Shown: piece by piece, positions 8,733 through 20,710 of the stretch
Layout of the letters: each line of letters opens with the position of its first letter
How positions within the stretch are numbered: position 1 is the first letter of the stretch
NCBI GenBank assembly: GCA_963842085.1
Contig: CAWJET010000002.1
Coordinates: 1,024,001 to 1,088,000 of the forward strand
DNA length: 64,000 nucleotides
Direction of reading: 5' to 3'
Source: an uncultured delta proteobacterium
GTDB lineage: Bacteria; Desulfobacterota; Binatia; Binatales; Binataceae
Position numbers and translations under genes: made by a program
Notes under the pieces: model-generated
The model's input: only the letters and a program-made list of their open reading frames with translations
Told to the model about the DNA's origin: nothing
Databases searched by the model: none

Positions 8733-11006
8733 TCAGGCGGCCTGCTTGGTCTCGATTGCCAGGCTCTCCTCCGCGATCGAGCCGCGCTTGGAGAAGGTTA
8801 CCGCGATCGCCAGTGCGACCAGCGCCAGCACCACGACCGCGACGCGCAGCACCGTCACGCCGCCGAGCGAAACCGTGGTGAACGGCGCCGCTAAAATCGA
8901 GACCAGGTTCATCACCTTGATCATCGGGTTCAGCGCCGGGCCGGCCGTGTCCTTGAACGGATCGCCGACCGTGTCGCCCACGACCGACGCCTTGTGCACG
9001 TCGGTGCCCTTGCCGCCGAGGAACCCGTCCTCGATCTTTTTCTTCGCGTTGTCCCAGTTGGCGCCCGCATTCGACATGAAGACCGCCATCAACTGGCCTG
9101 TCAGGATCGTGCCGCCGAGGAAACCGCCGAGCGCGCCCGCGCCGAGACCGAAGCCGACCAGCAGCGGCGAGAAAATCGCCAGGATTCCGGGGCCGAGCAA
9201 TTCCTTCTGCGACGCGGCCGTGACGATATCGACGCACGCGCCGTAGTCGGGCAGCTCCTTGCCCTCCATGATTCCCGGATGCGCGCGAAGCTGGCGGCGA
9301 ACCTCGAACACGATCTGATAGGCCGCGCGGCTGACCGCCTTAATCGCGAACGAGCTGAACAGAAACGGCACCGCGCCGCCGATCATCAGGCCGACGAACA
9401 CGGTCGGCATGTTGATCTGCACACCGAGCGCGCCGAGATGAGCCTCATCGATAAACGACCGGAACAGCGAGACGGCCGCGAGCACCGCGGTCGCAATCGC
9501 CAGGCCCTTGGTCAGCGCCTTGGTGGTGTTGCCGATCGCGTCCATCCACGACAGCGTCTTCGACGCCTCCTCCTGATGGATTCCGCCCATCTCGAAGATG
9601 CCGTGGGCGTTGTCGGTGATCGGCCCGTAGGTGTCCATCGCGAGGATGAACCCGGTGGTGGTGAGCAGGCCGAGCCCGGTCAGCGCGATTCCGTAAAACT
9701 GCAGCGCGAGCGAATCGTGGAAAATCGCCATCGCGCCGATGATCGCGGCTGCGATCACCAGCAGCGCCCAGACTGACGACTCGAGTCCCTCGGCCATGCC
9801 CGACAGGATCAATGTCGCCGGGCCGGTGCGCGCCGCCATCGCGGTTTCGGTGACCGGGCCTTTGTCCGGATGCGTAAAATAGTTCGTCAGCCACAGCGTC
9901 ACGACGGCGAGAATTATTCCGAGCGACGCGCAGCAGGCGAAGCGCCAATCGGTCGCGCCGGTGCGCGGATCGTCGAGGTAGAGATAATTCACGACGAAGA
10001 ATCCGATCACGGATGCGATCGCCGAGGTCATGTAGCCGATTGTGATCGGGCGCATCGGATCGAGCATCTTGCCGGCCGGCACGCGCACCGCCAGGATTCC
10101 GATGATCGAGGAAAACACGCCGACGCCGCGCAGGATCAGCGCGAACATGATGAGTTTGACCGCGAACATACCCGCGTACTGGCCATAGATGGCGATAAAG
10201 TCCGATTCCTGCAGCGCGTACGCCGCCAGGATGATCGCGGCGACCAGCGTCACCTCGTACGACTCGAACACGTCGGCCGCCATGCCGGCGCAGTCGCCGA
10301 CGTTGTCGCCGACGTTGTCGGCAATCGTCGCGGGATTGCGCGGGTCGTCTTCGGGCAGGTCCTGCTCGATCTTGCCGACCAGGTCGCCGCCGACGTCAGC
10401 GGCCTTGGTGTAGATGCCGCCGCCGACGCGCATGAAGAGGGCGGCCAGCGAGCCGCCGAAGCCGAAGCCGACCAGGACCTTCATCGCGTTTTCGCGGAAC
10501 ACCAGGAAGATGATCGTCGCGCCGAGCAGTCCCAGCCCGACCGTGAACATCCCCGACACTCCGCCCGCCTTGAATGCCAGTTCCATCGCGCCCTTGAAGC
10601 TGGTCAGCGCCGCGTTGGCGCTGCGGACGTTGGCCTTGACCGCCAGCCACATCCCGACGTAGCCGGCACTGTAGGACGCCGCGACGCCCATCAGGAATGC
10701 GATCGAGATTCCCAGCGGCAGGGTCAGGCCCTGATACACGTTGCGGTACATGAAGAACAACGCGATGAAGATGGCGGCGACGAACCAGATCATGGTTTTG
10801 ACCTGGCGTCCGAGGTACGCCATCGCGCCGAGTTCGATCGCGTCGGACACGTCGGTCATCGATTTGGGTCCGGGGTCGGCCGCCAGCACCACGCGTATCA
10901 GCATGACTCCGTAGCCCAGCGCGACCAGCGCCGAGACCAGCACCAGCCACAGGATCATCACCTGTCCGCTGGATAAAGTGGGCAGAACGATATTCGCTTC
11001 GCTCAT
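8733..11006 (-). CDS. hppA: Membrane H+-translocating pyrophosphatase, K+-independent type
   Basis: DVGGDLVGKIE, EDDPRNPA, DNVGDNVGD, DTVGDPFKDT; GNTTKA (Lys marks K+-independence). Confidence 0.95.
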   Translation of the reverse strand: MSEANIVLPTLSSGQVMILWLVLVSALVALGYGVMLIRVVLAADPGPKSMTDVSDAIELGAMAYLGRQVKTMIWFVAAIFIALFFMYRNVYQGLTLPLGISIAFLMGVAASYSAGYVGMWLAVKANVRSANAALTSFKGAMELAFKAGGVSGMFTVGLGLLGATIIFLVFRENAMKVLVGFGFGGSLAALFMRVGGGIYTKAADVGGDLVGKIEQDLPEDDPRNPATIADNVGDNVGDCAGMAADVFESYEVTLVAAIILAAYALQESDFIAIYGQYAGMFAVKLIMFALILRGVGVFSSIIGILAVRVPAGKMLDPMRPITIGYMTSAIASVIGFFVVNYLYLDDPRTGATDWRFACCASLGIILAVVTLWLTNYFTHPDKGPVTETAMAARTGPATLILSGMAEGLESSVWALLVIAAAIIGAMAIFHDSLALQFYGIALTGLGLLTTTGFILAMDTYGPITDNAHGIFEMGGIHQEEASKTLSWMDAIGNTTKALTKGLAIATAVLAAVSLFRSFIDEAHLGALGVQINMPTVFVGLMIGGAVPFLFSSFAIKAVSRAAYQIVFEVRRQLRAHPGIMEGKELPDYGACVDIVTAASQKELLGPGILAIFSPLLVGFGLGAGALGGFLGGTILTGQLMAVFMSNAGANWDNAKKKIEDGFLGGKGTDVHKASVVGDTVGDPFKDTAGPALNPMIKVMNLVSILAAPFTTVSLGGVTVLRVAVVVLALVALAIAVTFSKRGSIAEESLAIETKQAA

Positions 11007-11168
11007 CGGTTGATTCGAGACTCCTGAAAGAATTCGAGGTTATTTTAAGGGCGGCGCCCGCTGCGCAATTGAATCGCTCCGCGCATAACCGGGCGATCGC
11101 CCTCCGGGTATCTGGCGCAGTCTAGGTTTTCCTGAAAGCGAAGTCCATATCGGCAGGCGTGCCCCCTT

Positions 11169-11198
11169 TGTCATTCAGAGCGCAGCGAAGAATCCCGG
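11169..11198 (+). repeat. REP-like element TGTCATTCAGAGCGCAGCGAAGAATCCCGG
   Basis: Close to the reverse complement of the copies at 1528-1556 and 1662-1691. Confidence 0.75.
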
Positions 11199-11320
11199 AT
11201 CTTTCTCGATGTGGGCTGACGCACCCCTAGCGTCGGCTCGACCGGGATCACCGACGCAATTTCGCCCTCGTCGGTTGATTCACCCAATCGCGGTGTGTTT
11301 ATCTGTAAAGTTCAACTGCC

Positions 11321-12646
11321 ATGAATGTAAATATCGAAGAACCCTCCACTCTCCGGCGCAAGCTCACGATTGAAGTCGAGCCCGACGAAATCAAGCATGA
11401 GCTGGATCGCGCATACAACGAACTCAAACGCGGCGTGGTGCTCAAGGGCTTCCGCCCCGGCCACGCGCCGCGCAATCTGCTCGAGCGATTTTTCGGTGAG
11501 CAGGTCCGCGGCGAGGTAGTGCAGAAGCTCGTCGAGGAATACACCAAAAAGGCGCTCGAGGAGCACGACCTCAAACCCGTGGTCGCGCCCGAAATCGTCA
11601 CCGAACAGACCGACCTGCAAAAAGACCTCGCGCTCAAGTTCAGCGCCACCTTCGACCTGCGCCCGAAGATCGAGGTCAAGGACTACGAGGGCCTCAAGGT
11701 GCCCGCGTCCACGGTCGAGGTCACGGATCAGGAAGTCGAAGAGGCGATCGAAAGATTTCGCGTGCGACAGGCAACGCTCAAGAAGATCGAAGATCGCACC
11801 GTCGTCGAGGATGGCGATTACGTGCTCGCCTCGGTCGAGGCGTTCGAGGACGGCAAGCCGCTGTCGAGCACCAAACCTGACGATCGGCTGGTCGAAGTTT
11901 CCGAACGCGCGCTGGCCCATGGCGTGTTCGAAGTGCTCAAGGGCTCGGAGCTTGGCAAGGAAAAACGGGCCTCTAAGACCTACGCCGCCGACTACAGCCA
12001 GAAGGAGCTGGCCGGCAAGACGATCGAATGGCGCGCCACCCCGAAAGAAATCTACCGGCGCGAGCTGCCGACCGTCGACGACGACTTCGCCAAGGATCTC
12101 GGCGACGAGAACCTCGAGGCGTTCCGCGCCCGCGTTCGCAAAGAACTGCTAGCGCACGCCGAGGATGAGGCCAACGCGCGCGCGCGCCAGGGTTTGCTCG
12201 ATCTCGTGATCGAGCGCAACCCGCTCGAGCTGCCCGAATCGCTGGTCACGCGCGAGCTGAGCGCGATGGAATCCGAGCTGCATCAGACGCTCGAAGCGGG
12301 CGGCCTGTCGCACGAGGAAGCCGGCGAACGGGTCAAGCAGAGCGCCGAGGACCTCAAGACCCGGGCCGAGAAGCGCGCGCGCACCGGGCTAATCGTGGAT
12401 GCGCTCGCCGAGCAGGAAAAAATCGAGGTCGATGACGAGGCTCTGGGCGACCGGGTGGCGTCAATCGTGACGAACAGCGGACGCAATCGCGACCGCGCCG
12501 CCGAGTTTTATCGCAAGGAAGAGAACCGCGAGGCGCTGCGGCAATCGATGCGCCGGGAGAAGGCGCTCGACTTTATTTTGAGCCGCGCCAAGCGTGAAGA
12601 TGCACCGTCTGAGCCGCGTGACGAAGGTTCATCTGAGCAGAAGTAG
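11321..12646 (+). CDS. tig: Trigger factor
   Basis: GFRPGHAP ribosome-binding motif; position upstream of clpP. Confidence 0.95.
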   Translation: MNVNIEEPSTLRRKLTIEVEPDEIKHELDRAYNELKRGVVLKGFRPGHAPRNLLERFFGEQVRGEVVQKLVEEYTKKALEEHDLKPVVAPEIVTEQTDLQKDLALKFSATFDLRPKIEVKDYEGLKVPASTVEVTDQEVEEAIERFRVRQATLKKIEDRTVVEDGDYVLASVEAFEDGKPLSSTKPDDRLVEVSERALAHGVFEVLKGSELGKEKRASKTYAADYSQKELAGKTIEWRATPKEIYRRELPTVDDDFAKDLGDENLEAFRARVRKELLAHAEDEANARARQGLLDLVIERNPLELPESLVTRELSAMESELHQTLEAGGLSHEEAGERVKQSAEDLKTRAEKRARTGLIVDALAEQEKIEVDDEALGDRVASIVTNSGRNRDRAAEFYRKEENREALRQSMRREKALDFILSRAKREDAPSEPRDEGSSEQK

Positions 12647-12772
12647 CATCGTTGCTACGCGGTTCGGAGCCAATCACGGTTGCTCCCCCATTTCCCTCAC
12701 GTTACAATTTGAAGGCGTCAGCGGCCTTCTCTCAATCGTTGTCGGAACCTGGCTGTGGCGCGGGTTGGAGGT

Positions 12773-13369
12773 ATGAGCAACCTGGTACCGATGGTCGTCG
12801 AACAGACCGGGCGCGGAGAGCGGGCCTACGACATCTACTCTCGCCTGCTCAAGGACCGCATCGTCTTTCTCGGCACCGAAATCAACGACGACGTCGCCAA
12901 CCTCGTCACGGCGCAGTTCCTGTTCCTCGAGTCCGAAGATCCCGAAAAAGAGATCAATTTTTATATCAACTCGCCGGGCGGCTCGGTGACGGCCGGGATG
13001 GCGATTTACGACACGATGGAGTTCATCCGGCCGCCCGTCTCGACACTATGCCTTGGGCAGGCGGCCAGCATGGCCGCGGTCATGCTCTTGGCGGGTGCGA
13101 AGGGACGACGCTACGCGCTGCCGCATTCGCGCATCATACTGCATCAGCCGCTGGGCGGGATGCAGGGTCAGGCGAGCGACCTGGAAATTCACGCGAGGGA
13201 AATTCTGCACGCGCGGGAGGAAATCAACAACATCATAATGAAGCATACGGGACAGAATCTCCGTAAGATCGAAAAGGACACCGATCGCGACTACTTCATG
13301 TCGCCGGATCAAGCGGTTGAATACGGGCTGATTGATGAGGTAATCGTTAGCCGAAGGCCGTCCAAGTGA
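12773..13369 (+). CDS. clpP: ATP-dependent Clp protease proteolytic subunit
   Basis: [27 protein letters not shown]; GGAGG RBS before ATG 12773. Confidence 0.98.
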   Translation: MSNLVPMVVEQTGRGERAYDIYSRLLKDRIVFLGTEINDDVANLVTAQFLFLESEDPEKEINFYINSPGGSVTAGMAIYDTMEFIRPPVSTLCLGQAASMAAVMLLAGAKGRRYALPHSRIILHQPLGGMQGQASDLEIHAREILHAREEINNIIMKHTGQNLRKIEKDTDRDYFMSPDQAVEYGLIDEVIVSRRPSK

Positions 13370-13384
13370 GCCGCGGGAGGCAGT

Positions 13385-14635
<1,251 letters not shown>

Positions 14636-14660
14636 CTCGGGGAGATTTTGAAATCGTAAG

Positions 14661-17135
14661 ATGCTTTTTCGCAATGACAAAAAAGACAATCGCGATGCAA
14701 CGTCGAACGTCGTGCCACTGTTCCCGTTGCGCGAACTGATCGTATTTCCGCATGAAGTCTATCCGATCTTCGTCGGCCGCCAGAAGTCGATTAAGGCTCT
14801 GGAAGCCGCCGAGGCCAGGAAGACGCCCATCCTGCTGGTCACGCAGAAGGACCCGAAGGTCGCCGAGCCCGCGCCCGGCGACCTCTACGCGGTCGGCACG
14901 CTCGGGGTGGTCGTGCAACTGCTGCGTCTGCCCGACGGTACCGTCAAGGCGCTGGTCGAGGGCAAGAAGCGCGCGCGCGTGATCCGCTACGTCGCCGACG
15001 AGGAATATTTCCAGGTCGAAGCCGAGGAGATCGAGGAGGTCAGCGACCGCTCCACCGAAGTTGAGGCGTTGATGCGCTCGGTGGTCTCGACCTTCGACAA
15101 CTACGCGCGGCTCAACAAGAAGATTCCGCCCGAGATGGTGACCTCGATCGCCGCGGTCGACGATCCCGCTTTCCTGGCCGACAAGCTCGTCGGACATCTT
15201 GGGATCAAGCTCGAAGACAAGCAGGCGCTGCTCGAATCGACCAACCCGGCCGAGCGGCTGGAAAAGATTCTCGGCTACATGCGCTCGGAGCTGGAAATCC
15301 TCGAGGTCGAAAAACGCATCCGCTCGCGCGTCAAGAAGCAGATGGAGAAGACGTCCAAGGAGTACTACCTCAACGAGCAGATGCGCGCGATTCAGAAGGA
15401 GCTCGGCGAGAAGGACGAATTCAAGAACGAGATTCAAGAGTTGGAAGAAAAACTGCGGCAGAAGAAGATGCCCGCCGAGGCGCGTGAGAAGTGCGAGCGC
15501 GAGATCAAGAAGCTCAAGATGATGTCGCCGATGTCGGCCGAGGCAACCGTCGTGCGCAACTACCTCGACTGGTTCCTGGCGCTGCCGTGGTTCGAGTACA
15601 CCGAGGACAAGCTCGACATCAAGGAAGCCGAGCGCGTGCTCGAGGAAGATCATTACGGGCTGGAGAAGGTCAAGCAGCGCATCCTCGAATACCTGGCGGT
15701 CGAGACGCTGGTCGGCCAGATGAAGGGCCCCATCCTGTGCCTGGTCGGACCTCCGGGGGTCGGCAAGACGTCGCTGGGCAAATCGGTGGCGCGCGCGACC
15801 GGACGTAAATTCGTGCGCGTGTCGCTCGGCGGCGTGCGCGACGAAGCCGAAATCCGCGGCCATCGCCGGACTTACATCGGCGCGCTGCCGGGCAAGGTGA
15901 TCCAGTCGATTCGCAAAGCGGGCTCGTCCAACCCGGTGCTGCTGTTCGACGAGGTGGATAAAATGTCCACCGACTTCCGCGGCGACCCGTCGTCGGCGCT
16001 GCTCGAGGTTCTCGATCCCGAGCAGAACTGCACGTTCAACGATCACTATCTCGACTGCGACTACGATTTGTCGAAAGTGATGTTTATCACAACGGCGAAT
16101 ACGCTCGATCGCATCCCGCGGCCGCTCCAGGACCGCATGGAAGTCATCCGGATTCCCGGCTACACGGAAACGGAGAAGCTCAACATCGCCAAGAAGTACC
16201 TGCTGAAGAAGCAGCAGGAGGCCAACGGGCTGCGGCCGGAGAATATCGAAGTGTCCGACGGCGCAATCCAGGGCATCATCCGCTACTACACGCGCGAGGC
16301 GGGCGTCAGAAATCTCGAGCGCGAGCTCGCGTCGATCTGCCGCAAGGTCGCGGTCGAGGTCGTCAAGACCGATCGCAACGCGCACGTCAAGGTTTCGAGC
16401 TCGAGCCTGGGCAAGTACCTGGGCGTTCCGAAGTTCCGCTACGGTACGGCTGAGACGATACCGCAGGTGGGAGTGGCGACCGGGCTGGCGTGGACGGAGC
16501 TTGGCGGCGAGCTGCTCAGCGTCGAGGTGACGATCGTTCCGGGACGCGGCAAGCTGACTATTACCGGACAGCTCGGCGACGTGATGCAGGAGTCGGCGCA
16601 GGCAGCGCTTTCGTACGTGCGTTCGCGGGCGGAGGTGCTCGGGCTCGATCGCGGCTTCTATCACCGCATCGACATCCACATCCACATTCCCGAGGGCGCC
16701 ATTCCCAAGGACGGGCCGTCGGCCGGAATCACGCTCGCAACCGCGCTGGTGTCGGCGCTCACGCGCTCTCCGATTCGCAACGACCTTGCGATGACGGGCG
16801 AGATCACGCTGCGCGGACGGGTGCTGCCGATCGGCGGACTCAAGGAGAAGGTGCTCGCGGCGCATCGCGGCGGCATCAAGACGATCCTGATACCCAGGGA
16901 CAACGCCAAGGACATCGAGGAGATCCCGCCGCAGATCATGAAGGGCATCACCTTGATCCAGATCGAGCACATGGACGAAGTGCTCAAGCACGCGCTGGTG
17001 TTGACCGACCCGGATACGTTCTTCAAGACGGGCAAGGGCGACAGCGACCTGGCGTTCCTGCGCGAGCCGGAACCGAAGGTGCCGATAACGCCGGTGGACG
17101 AAGACGATACGACTGTATCCACGAACCTGTCGTAG
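14661..17135 (+). CDS. lon: Lon protease
   Basis: [31 protein letters not shown]. Confidence 0.98.
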   Translation: MLFRNDKKDNRDATSNVVPLFPLRELIVFPHEVYPIFVGRQKSIKALEAAEARKTPILLVTQKDPKVAEPAPGDLYAVGTLGVVVQLLRLPDGTVKALVEGKKRARVIRYVADEEYFQVEAEEIEEVSDRSTEVEALMRSVVSTFDNYARLNKKIPPEMVTSIAAVDDPAFLADKLVGHLGIKLEDKQALLESTNPAERLEKILGYMRSELEILEVEKRIRSRVKKQMEKTSKEYYLNEQMRAIQKELGEKDEFKNEIQELEEKLRQKKMPAEAREKCEREIKKLKMMSPMSAEATVVRNYLDWFLALPWFEYTEDKLDIKEAERVLEEDHYGLEKVKQRILEYLAVETLVGQMKGPILCLVGPPGVGKTSLGKSVARATGRKFVRVSLGGVRDEAEIRGHRRTYIGALPGKVIQSIRKAGSSNPVLLFDEVDKMSTDFRGDPSSALLEVLDPEQNCTFNDHYLDCDYDLSKVMFITTANTLDRIPRPLQDRMEVIRIPGYTETEKLNIAKKYLLKKQQEANGLRPENIEVSDGAIQGIIRYYTREAGVRNLERELASICRKVAVEVVKTDRNAHVKVSSSSLGKYLGVPKFRYGTAETIPQVGVATGLAWTELGGELLSVEVTIVPGRGKLTITGQLGDVMQESAQAALSYVRSRAEVLGLDRGFYHRIDIHIHIPEGAIPKDGPSAGITLATALVSALTRSPIRNDLAMTGEITLRGRVLPIGGLKEKVLAAHRGGIKTILIPRDNAKDIEEIPPQIMKGITLIQIEHMDEVLKHALVLTDPDTFFKTGKGDSDLAFLREPEPKVPITPVDEDDTTVSTNLS

Positions 17136-17230
17136 GTTCTGAGCGGGGGACACCGCGCATTCCGGCCGGCCGGAGTGCGCGGCTCAAATATGCGGTCGCG
17201 GATTTTTGGCAAGACCGCCGAAGGTTACAT

Positions 17231-17548
17231 ATGACCAAGGCTGAACTCATAGAGGCGTTGTCAAACAAGCTTCCGCTCAACAAGGCCGACGCCGAACGCG
17301 CAATTAACATCGTGCTCGACGACGTCATTGCCGCGCTGCGCCAGGGCGAGCGCGTGAACATCTCGGGCTTCGGCACGTTTTCAGTATCGGAACGGCAGGC
17401 GCGCACCGGGCGCAATCCAAAGACCGGCGAGTCGATCGAGATAGCGGCGAGCCGGTCGGCAAAGTTCAAACCGGGCAAGCAGTTGAAGGACTCGCTCAAC
17501 GAAGGGGTCGGCGCAGCGCCGGCTTCGTCGCCGTCGACGGGCTCGTAA
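17231..17548 (+). CDS. hup: DNA-binding protein HU
   Basis: MTKAELI, GFGTF, RTGRNPKTGE, FKPGKQLK. Confidence 0.95.
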   Translation: MTKAELIEALSNKLPLNKADAERAINIVLDDVIAALRQGERVNISGFGTFSVSERQARTGRNPKTGESIEIAASRSAKFKPGKQLKDSLNEGVGAAPASSPSTGS

Positions 17549-17648
17549 CGCACGCACAATCGAAGCGATCGATTCGATTCGCGGAAGAAATGGCCCGTGT
17601 GTCGATCGCACCCGTGGCCGTCTTTTTTTTGCTAACATTTCGGGCCGC

Positions 17649-17723
17649 GGGCGGTTAGCTCAGTGGTAGAGCATCGGCCTTACAAGCCGGGGGTCGCAGG
17701 TTCGAAACCTGCACCGCCCACCA
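17649..17723 (+). tRNA. tRNA-Val(TAC)
   Basis: Cloverleaf GGGCGGT..ACCGCCC ACCA, anticodon loop CTTACAA, GGTTCGAAA T-loop. Confidence 0.97.
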
Positions 17724-17728
17724 ATAAA
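17679..17728 (+). repeat. Left att core (3' half of tRNA-Val)
   Basis: Identical to 26180-26229. Confidence 0.95.
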
Positions 17729-17771
17729 ATCAAGCACTTACGCGATTGCGCTAACGGCGTTTCCGGCGTCA

Positions 17772-17789
17772 GTGCCAAATAGGTGCCAA
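17772..17789 (+). promoter_or_regulatory. Putative integrase arm-type sites (GTGCCAA x2)
   Basis: Same motif occurs three times at 26016-26047; both sets lie inside the att cores. Confidence 0.6.
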
Positions 17790-17915
17790 TTTTTTATCAA
17801 AAGCAGGGGCTAAAAGAGCCCTTGGTAGGGGTCGATTTTGTACCCAAGCTCGAGCCCAGATCGGGTGCACGAGGATGCAGTTTCACCGAAAATCAAAAAT
17901 GGAAACGGCTGGGAT

Positions 17916-17940
17916 CTGATCCGTCTGATCCGTCTAATCC
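17916..17940 (+). repeat. 9-bp iteron-like tandem repeat (CTGATCCGT)x2 + CTAATCC
   Basis: Inverted relative to the array at 25849-25877. Confidence 0.8.
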
Positions 17941-18021
17941 CCCGCAACCCCCAGGGGCGATGGTGACGGGACGACCTCAAAGAATCGTGCCGGGGGTAGC
18001 CCGTAGACCCCCACCCCCTCT

Positions 18022-18408
18022 ATGCTTTTTCGTCGCGCGCGCGGCGGCACGGCTCACGAATACAGTGGCGTCGACGTGGGAGTCTGCTTGCTTCGAGAAG
18101 GGGCGCCGAATCGAGCTTTTAGCGCTATGCTTCACAATCGCGAGCCGCGGCGCGGCGGGCGGATGGTCGATCTTATGCTGCAACCCGATTTCGATCCCAA
18201 GCCGAAAACTCTCCACATCTATCCGTGCGGCTACCTCTCGAAATGCAAGGCTCGGCGATGCTGGGAGCGCGCGACGCTGATCGCCGAGAAGGTTGACGGC
18301 GGCGGCCGGCACATTCGGCAGATCGAATTGTGCACGAAGCATGGCAACGTCGTTATCGCGCGCGAGCGGGCGCGCGGTCTAGAGATTTCTGATCGGCGGT
18401 TTGAATAG
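18022..18408 (+). CDS. Hypothetical Cys/His-containing protein (satellite cargo)
   Basis: ORF with CGYLSKCKARRC...LCTKH; true start may be a downstream ATG. Confidence 0.5.
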   Translation: MLFRRARGGTAHEYSGVDVGVCLLREGAPNRAFSAMLHNREPRRGGRMVDLMLQPDFDPKPKTLHIYPCGYLSKCKARRCWERATLIAEKVDGGGRHIRQIELCTKHGNVVIARERARGLEISDRRFE

Positions 18409-18539
18409 GGAACGGGCCAGCGAGGGAGGGGTGCCCATTTCGCCAGCCCGAACGCCGACTGGTCAAAAGGGAGGTAAACACACCAGCCAGCGATCCCATC
18501 CCTACTAAATCGGCGCGCGAGCGTCTATAAATCGGAACG

Positions 18540-18749
18540 ATGCGCTGTCAAAACGATTCGGCCAAAGGCGTTCACGAGCTAGAAATTTTCAACTTACGAC
18601 GGCGCCAGGCCTACCGCGAGCAGACCGGCATTTTCCATTTTGACGGCGAATGTAGGAGATGCTTCGCCTCGTATTGGCAGCACGGACAAGAGATCGTTTC
18701 TGAGCAGTGGAAGTTGCGCCCTGCTACTTGCGATTGCGGCTGCGCTTAA
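18540..18749 (+). CDS. Hypothetical small Cys-rich protein
   Basis: 69 aa with CRRC and CDCGC. Confidence 0.35.
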   Translation: MRCQNDSAKGVHELEIFNLRRRQAYREQTGIFHFDGECRRCFASYWQHGQEIVSEQWKLRPATCDCGCA

Positions 18750-18781
18750 ATTAAGAGATTCGCGACTTGAAATTCAGCCAC

Positions 18782-18937
18782 TCAGCACCGAATTGAGACA
18801 CTGCCGGCGGGTGAACTTCCGGCTTGCGCGGCCTTGTTCTTCTCGCGCTGCAGCTTGCGGGCCTGCTTTCGCTCGCGCTTCAGCCGGCGCGCCATTTCGG
18901 CCAGTTCGTGCTGCGATCCGCGCGTTCGCGTGCTCAC
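18782..18937 (-). CDS. Small basic hypothetical protein (51 aa, not in ORF track)
   Basis: GTG overlaps the upstream stop (GTGA); MSTRTRGSQHELAEMARRLKRERKQARKLQREK... Confidence 0.5.
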   Translation of the reverse strand: MSTRTRGSQHELAEMARRLKRERKQARKLQREKNKAAQAGSSPAGSVSIRC

Positions 18938-19368
18938 GACAACCGCCGCCCGTCGGCTTTCGCCTCGGGCGCGTCGACAACTTCCGCATCGTCTACCGAG
19001 TGGATCAGCTGTTCGAAGACATCCTGGTTGCGCGGTCGTGCCGCTGAAAACGACAACGGCGTGAGCAGCAGTTCTCTTTCGTGTGCGAGCAAAGTCTGTC
19101 CAAGGCGCCGAATTGCGTCTGTAACCCCGCGCGGGTTGCCGAGCTCGTCGATCAGGCCGCGCTCGCGGGCGCTCGCGATCAAACCATCGAACACGACGGA
19201 CAAAGAACAGTACCTCTTGAGCGTCAGTGAAAACTCAGGCTTGTCCAACCAGCCGGCCGATCGTTTGAGAGAGCGCGCGCGCCTGCGGATTCGTTCATCA
19301 CGTCGTTTCGCGACTGCCCTGCGCGACACGGGCGCCGGCGTAGCCGTATCGGTGGGGTCGCCGTTCAT
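18934..19368 (-). CDS. Putative terminase small subunit (P27-family-like)
   Basis: Pattern L..YC......ARERGLI..GNP.....L..ERELLLTPLS resembles the P27 TerS signature ending ELGLTP.SR. Confidence 0.55.
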   Translation of the reverse strand: MNGDPTDTATPAPVSRRAVAKRRDERIRRRARSLKRSAGWLDKPEFSLTLKRYCSLSVVFDGLIASARERGLIDELGNPRGVTDAIRRLGQTLLAHERELLLTPLSFSAARPRNQDVFEQLIHSVDDAEVVDAPEAKADGRRLS

Positions 19369-19595
19369 TCGAGTCTCGCAACTACGTCTTTCAGCTTCGC
19401 GAGCGCCTGGGCGCGGCGCGCGTCTAGTCGCCGCTGTAACTCGAGCTGCTCGACGCGCGGTAGCCGGCCGAACTTTTCGAACAACGCCGCAACAATCCGC
19501 ACATACTCGCTGTCGTCCGCCACGTGCAACGCCGTGGCAAAAGCCCGATCGAGACGATCTACCTCGTTATCGAGACTATCTGCGTTTTGTGCCAT
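19365..19595 (-). CDS. Hypothetical protein (satellite operon)
   Basis: GAGG RBS before MAQNADSL; ATGA overlap with the next gene. Confidence 0.6.
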   Translation of the reverse strand: MAQNADSLDNEVDRLDRAFATALHVADDSEYVRIVAALFEKFGRLPRVEQLELQRRLDARRAQALAKLKDVVARLE

Positions 19596-19694
19596 ATAAC
19601 GTTCCTCTCTTTGAATCCGCCGGCGCGGGCGTGATGCCCTTGGGTCGAGGCGGAGAACCGCAACCAGGCACCACAACCCGCAGCCGGCGAAACC

Positions 19695-20162
19695 TTAGGT
19701 AAGCGAGCCGTAGTGCTTCTCGCGCACGACTTCGCCTTTGTCGTTGATGTAACTGATGCCGCTCGGATGAATAACTGCCTTAACCTGGCCAGCCGGCGCC
19801 CGGCCGTAGCCGCCGTGAATTGTCGGCTTGTAGGGGGGGCGTGGGCCCGACGCGGGAATTTCGGCGCAGATTTTCAACATAGCCTGCGCGATCTGGTTGC
19901 CAGCACCTACGCTGACCAACGCGAGCAGCTTTTCCGCGGCGCCATCAAGTAGTTGACGCGCAGCGGGCGCAAAGTGCGGGTTTTCGCTGACGAGCCCGCC
20001 GATCCGTCTCAGACCTTCGCGCAGCGCGCCGAGCGCATCTCGTGCCGCAGCGCGCTCGAGCAGTGTGTCCGCGTATTCCGTGAATAGGTCGAGCGCCGTC
20101 GCCGGAGCGGGTTGTTCGTCGGTTCCGTTGCTTTTCGTCGGTTCATCTCCTGGGGTGTTCAT
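19695..20162 (-). CDS. Hypothetical protein (satellite operon)
   Basis: ATGA coupling with the upstream small ORF. Confidence 0.65.
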   Translation of the reverse strand: MNTPGDEPTKSNGTDEQPAPATALDLFTEYADTLLERAAARDALGALREGLRRIGGLVSENPHFAPAARQLLDGAAEKLLALVSVGAGNQIAQAMLKICAEIPASGPRPPYKPTIHGGYGRAPAGQVKAVIHPSGISYINDKGEVVREKHYGSLT

Positions 20163-20338
20163 CGATAATCCCTCTCAATTCTTTTGATCACCGCGCGCAT
20201 TCTGGCGTTCGCTTCACTCTCGCTGAGCTTCGGATCGCGCAGAACTCCTGCGTCCGGCGAGATGGGTGTTTCGTAGCGCCTCAACTTCTCTTTCAGCGCG
20301 GCGTTTTCAGTTCTCAGTGCTTCTATGTCGTCGGCCAT
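20159..20338 (-). CDS. Small coiled-coil hypothetical protein (59 aa, not in ORF track)
   Basis: AAGGAG RBS; MADDIEALRTENAALKEKLRRYE...; stop overlaps the next ATG. Confidence 0.65.
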   Translation of the reverse strand: MADDIEALRTENAALKEKLRRYETPISPDAGVLRDPKLSESEANARMRAVIKRIERDYR

Positions 20339-20401
20339 TTTCGTTGTCTCCTTGTCTCCTTGTTTGAATTCAGTTTTTGAGCCTTCCTAGCCATCGCACC
20401 G

Positions 20402-20710
20402 CTAGAACCGCACCTGAGCGCGGCAGGGGCCGGCCTTTTCGATCGTAATGTACTCGCGCGTAACTCCAGTAATTCGATCATCACGGCCGAGTTTTGAAAT
20501 TAGGCCCGACGCGCCCCACAGCCGTGCGCGATCCCAGCCGAAGTTTAACGCGCAACGCTCGACTGCCCCTATTTCAGCGACACTTACGAGGCTTCGCCCA
20601 TACCGGCAAGCCCAGGAAACGATATCCGAGGGTATTTCGAACGATGGGAGGTCTTCAAAAAAGACGCGTGGCATTTTTTTTGCTCCTGTGCGCTGTATCG
20701 CCCTATGCAT
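20402..20710 (-). CDS. Hypothetical protein (satellite operon)
   Basis: Starts directly after the stop of the upstream gene. Confidence 0.55.
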   Translation of the reverse strand: MHRAIQRTGAKKMPRVFFEDLPSFEIPSDIVSWACRYGRSLVSVAEIGAVERCALNFGWDRARLWGASGLISKLGRDDRITGVTREYITIEKAGPCRAQVRF

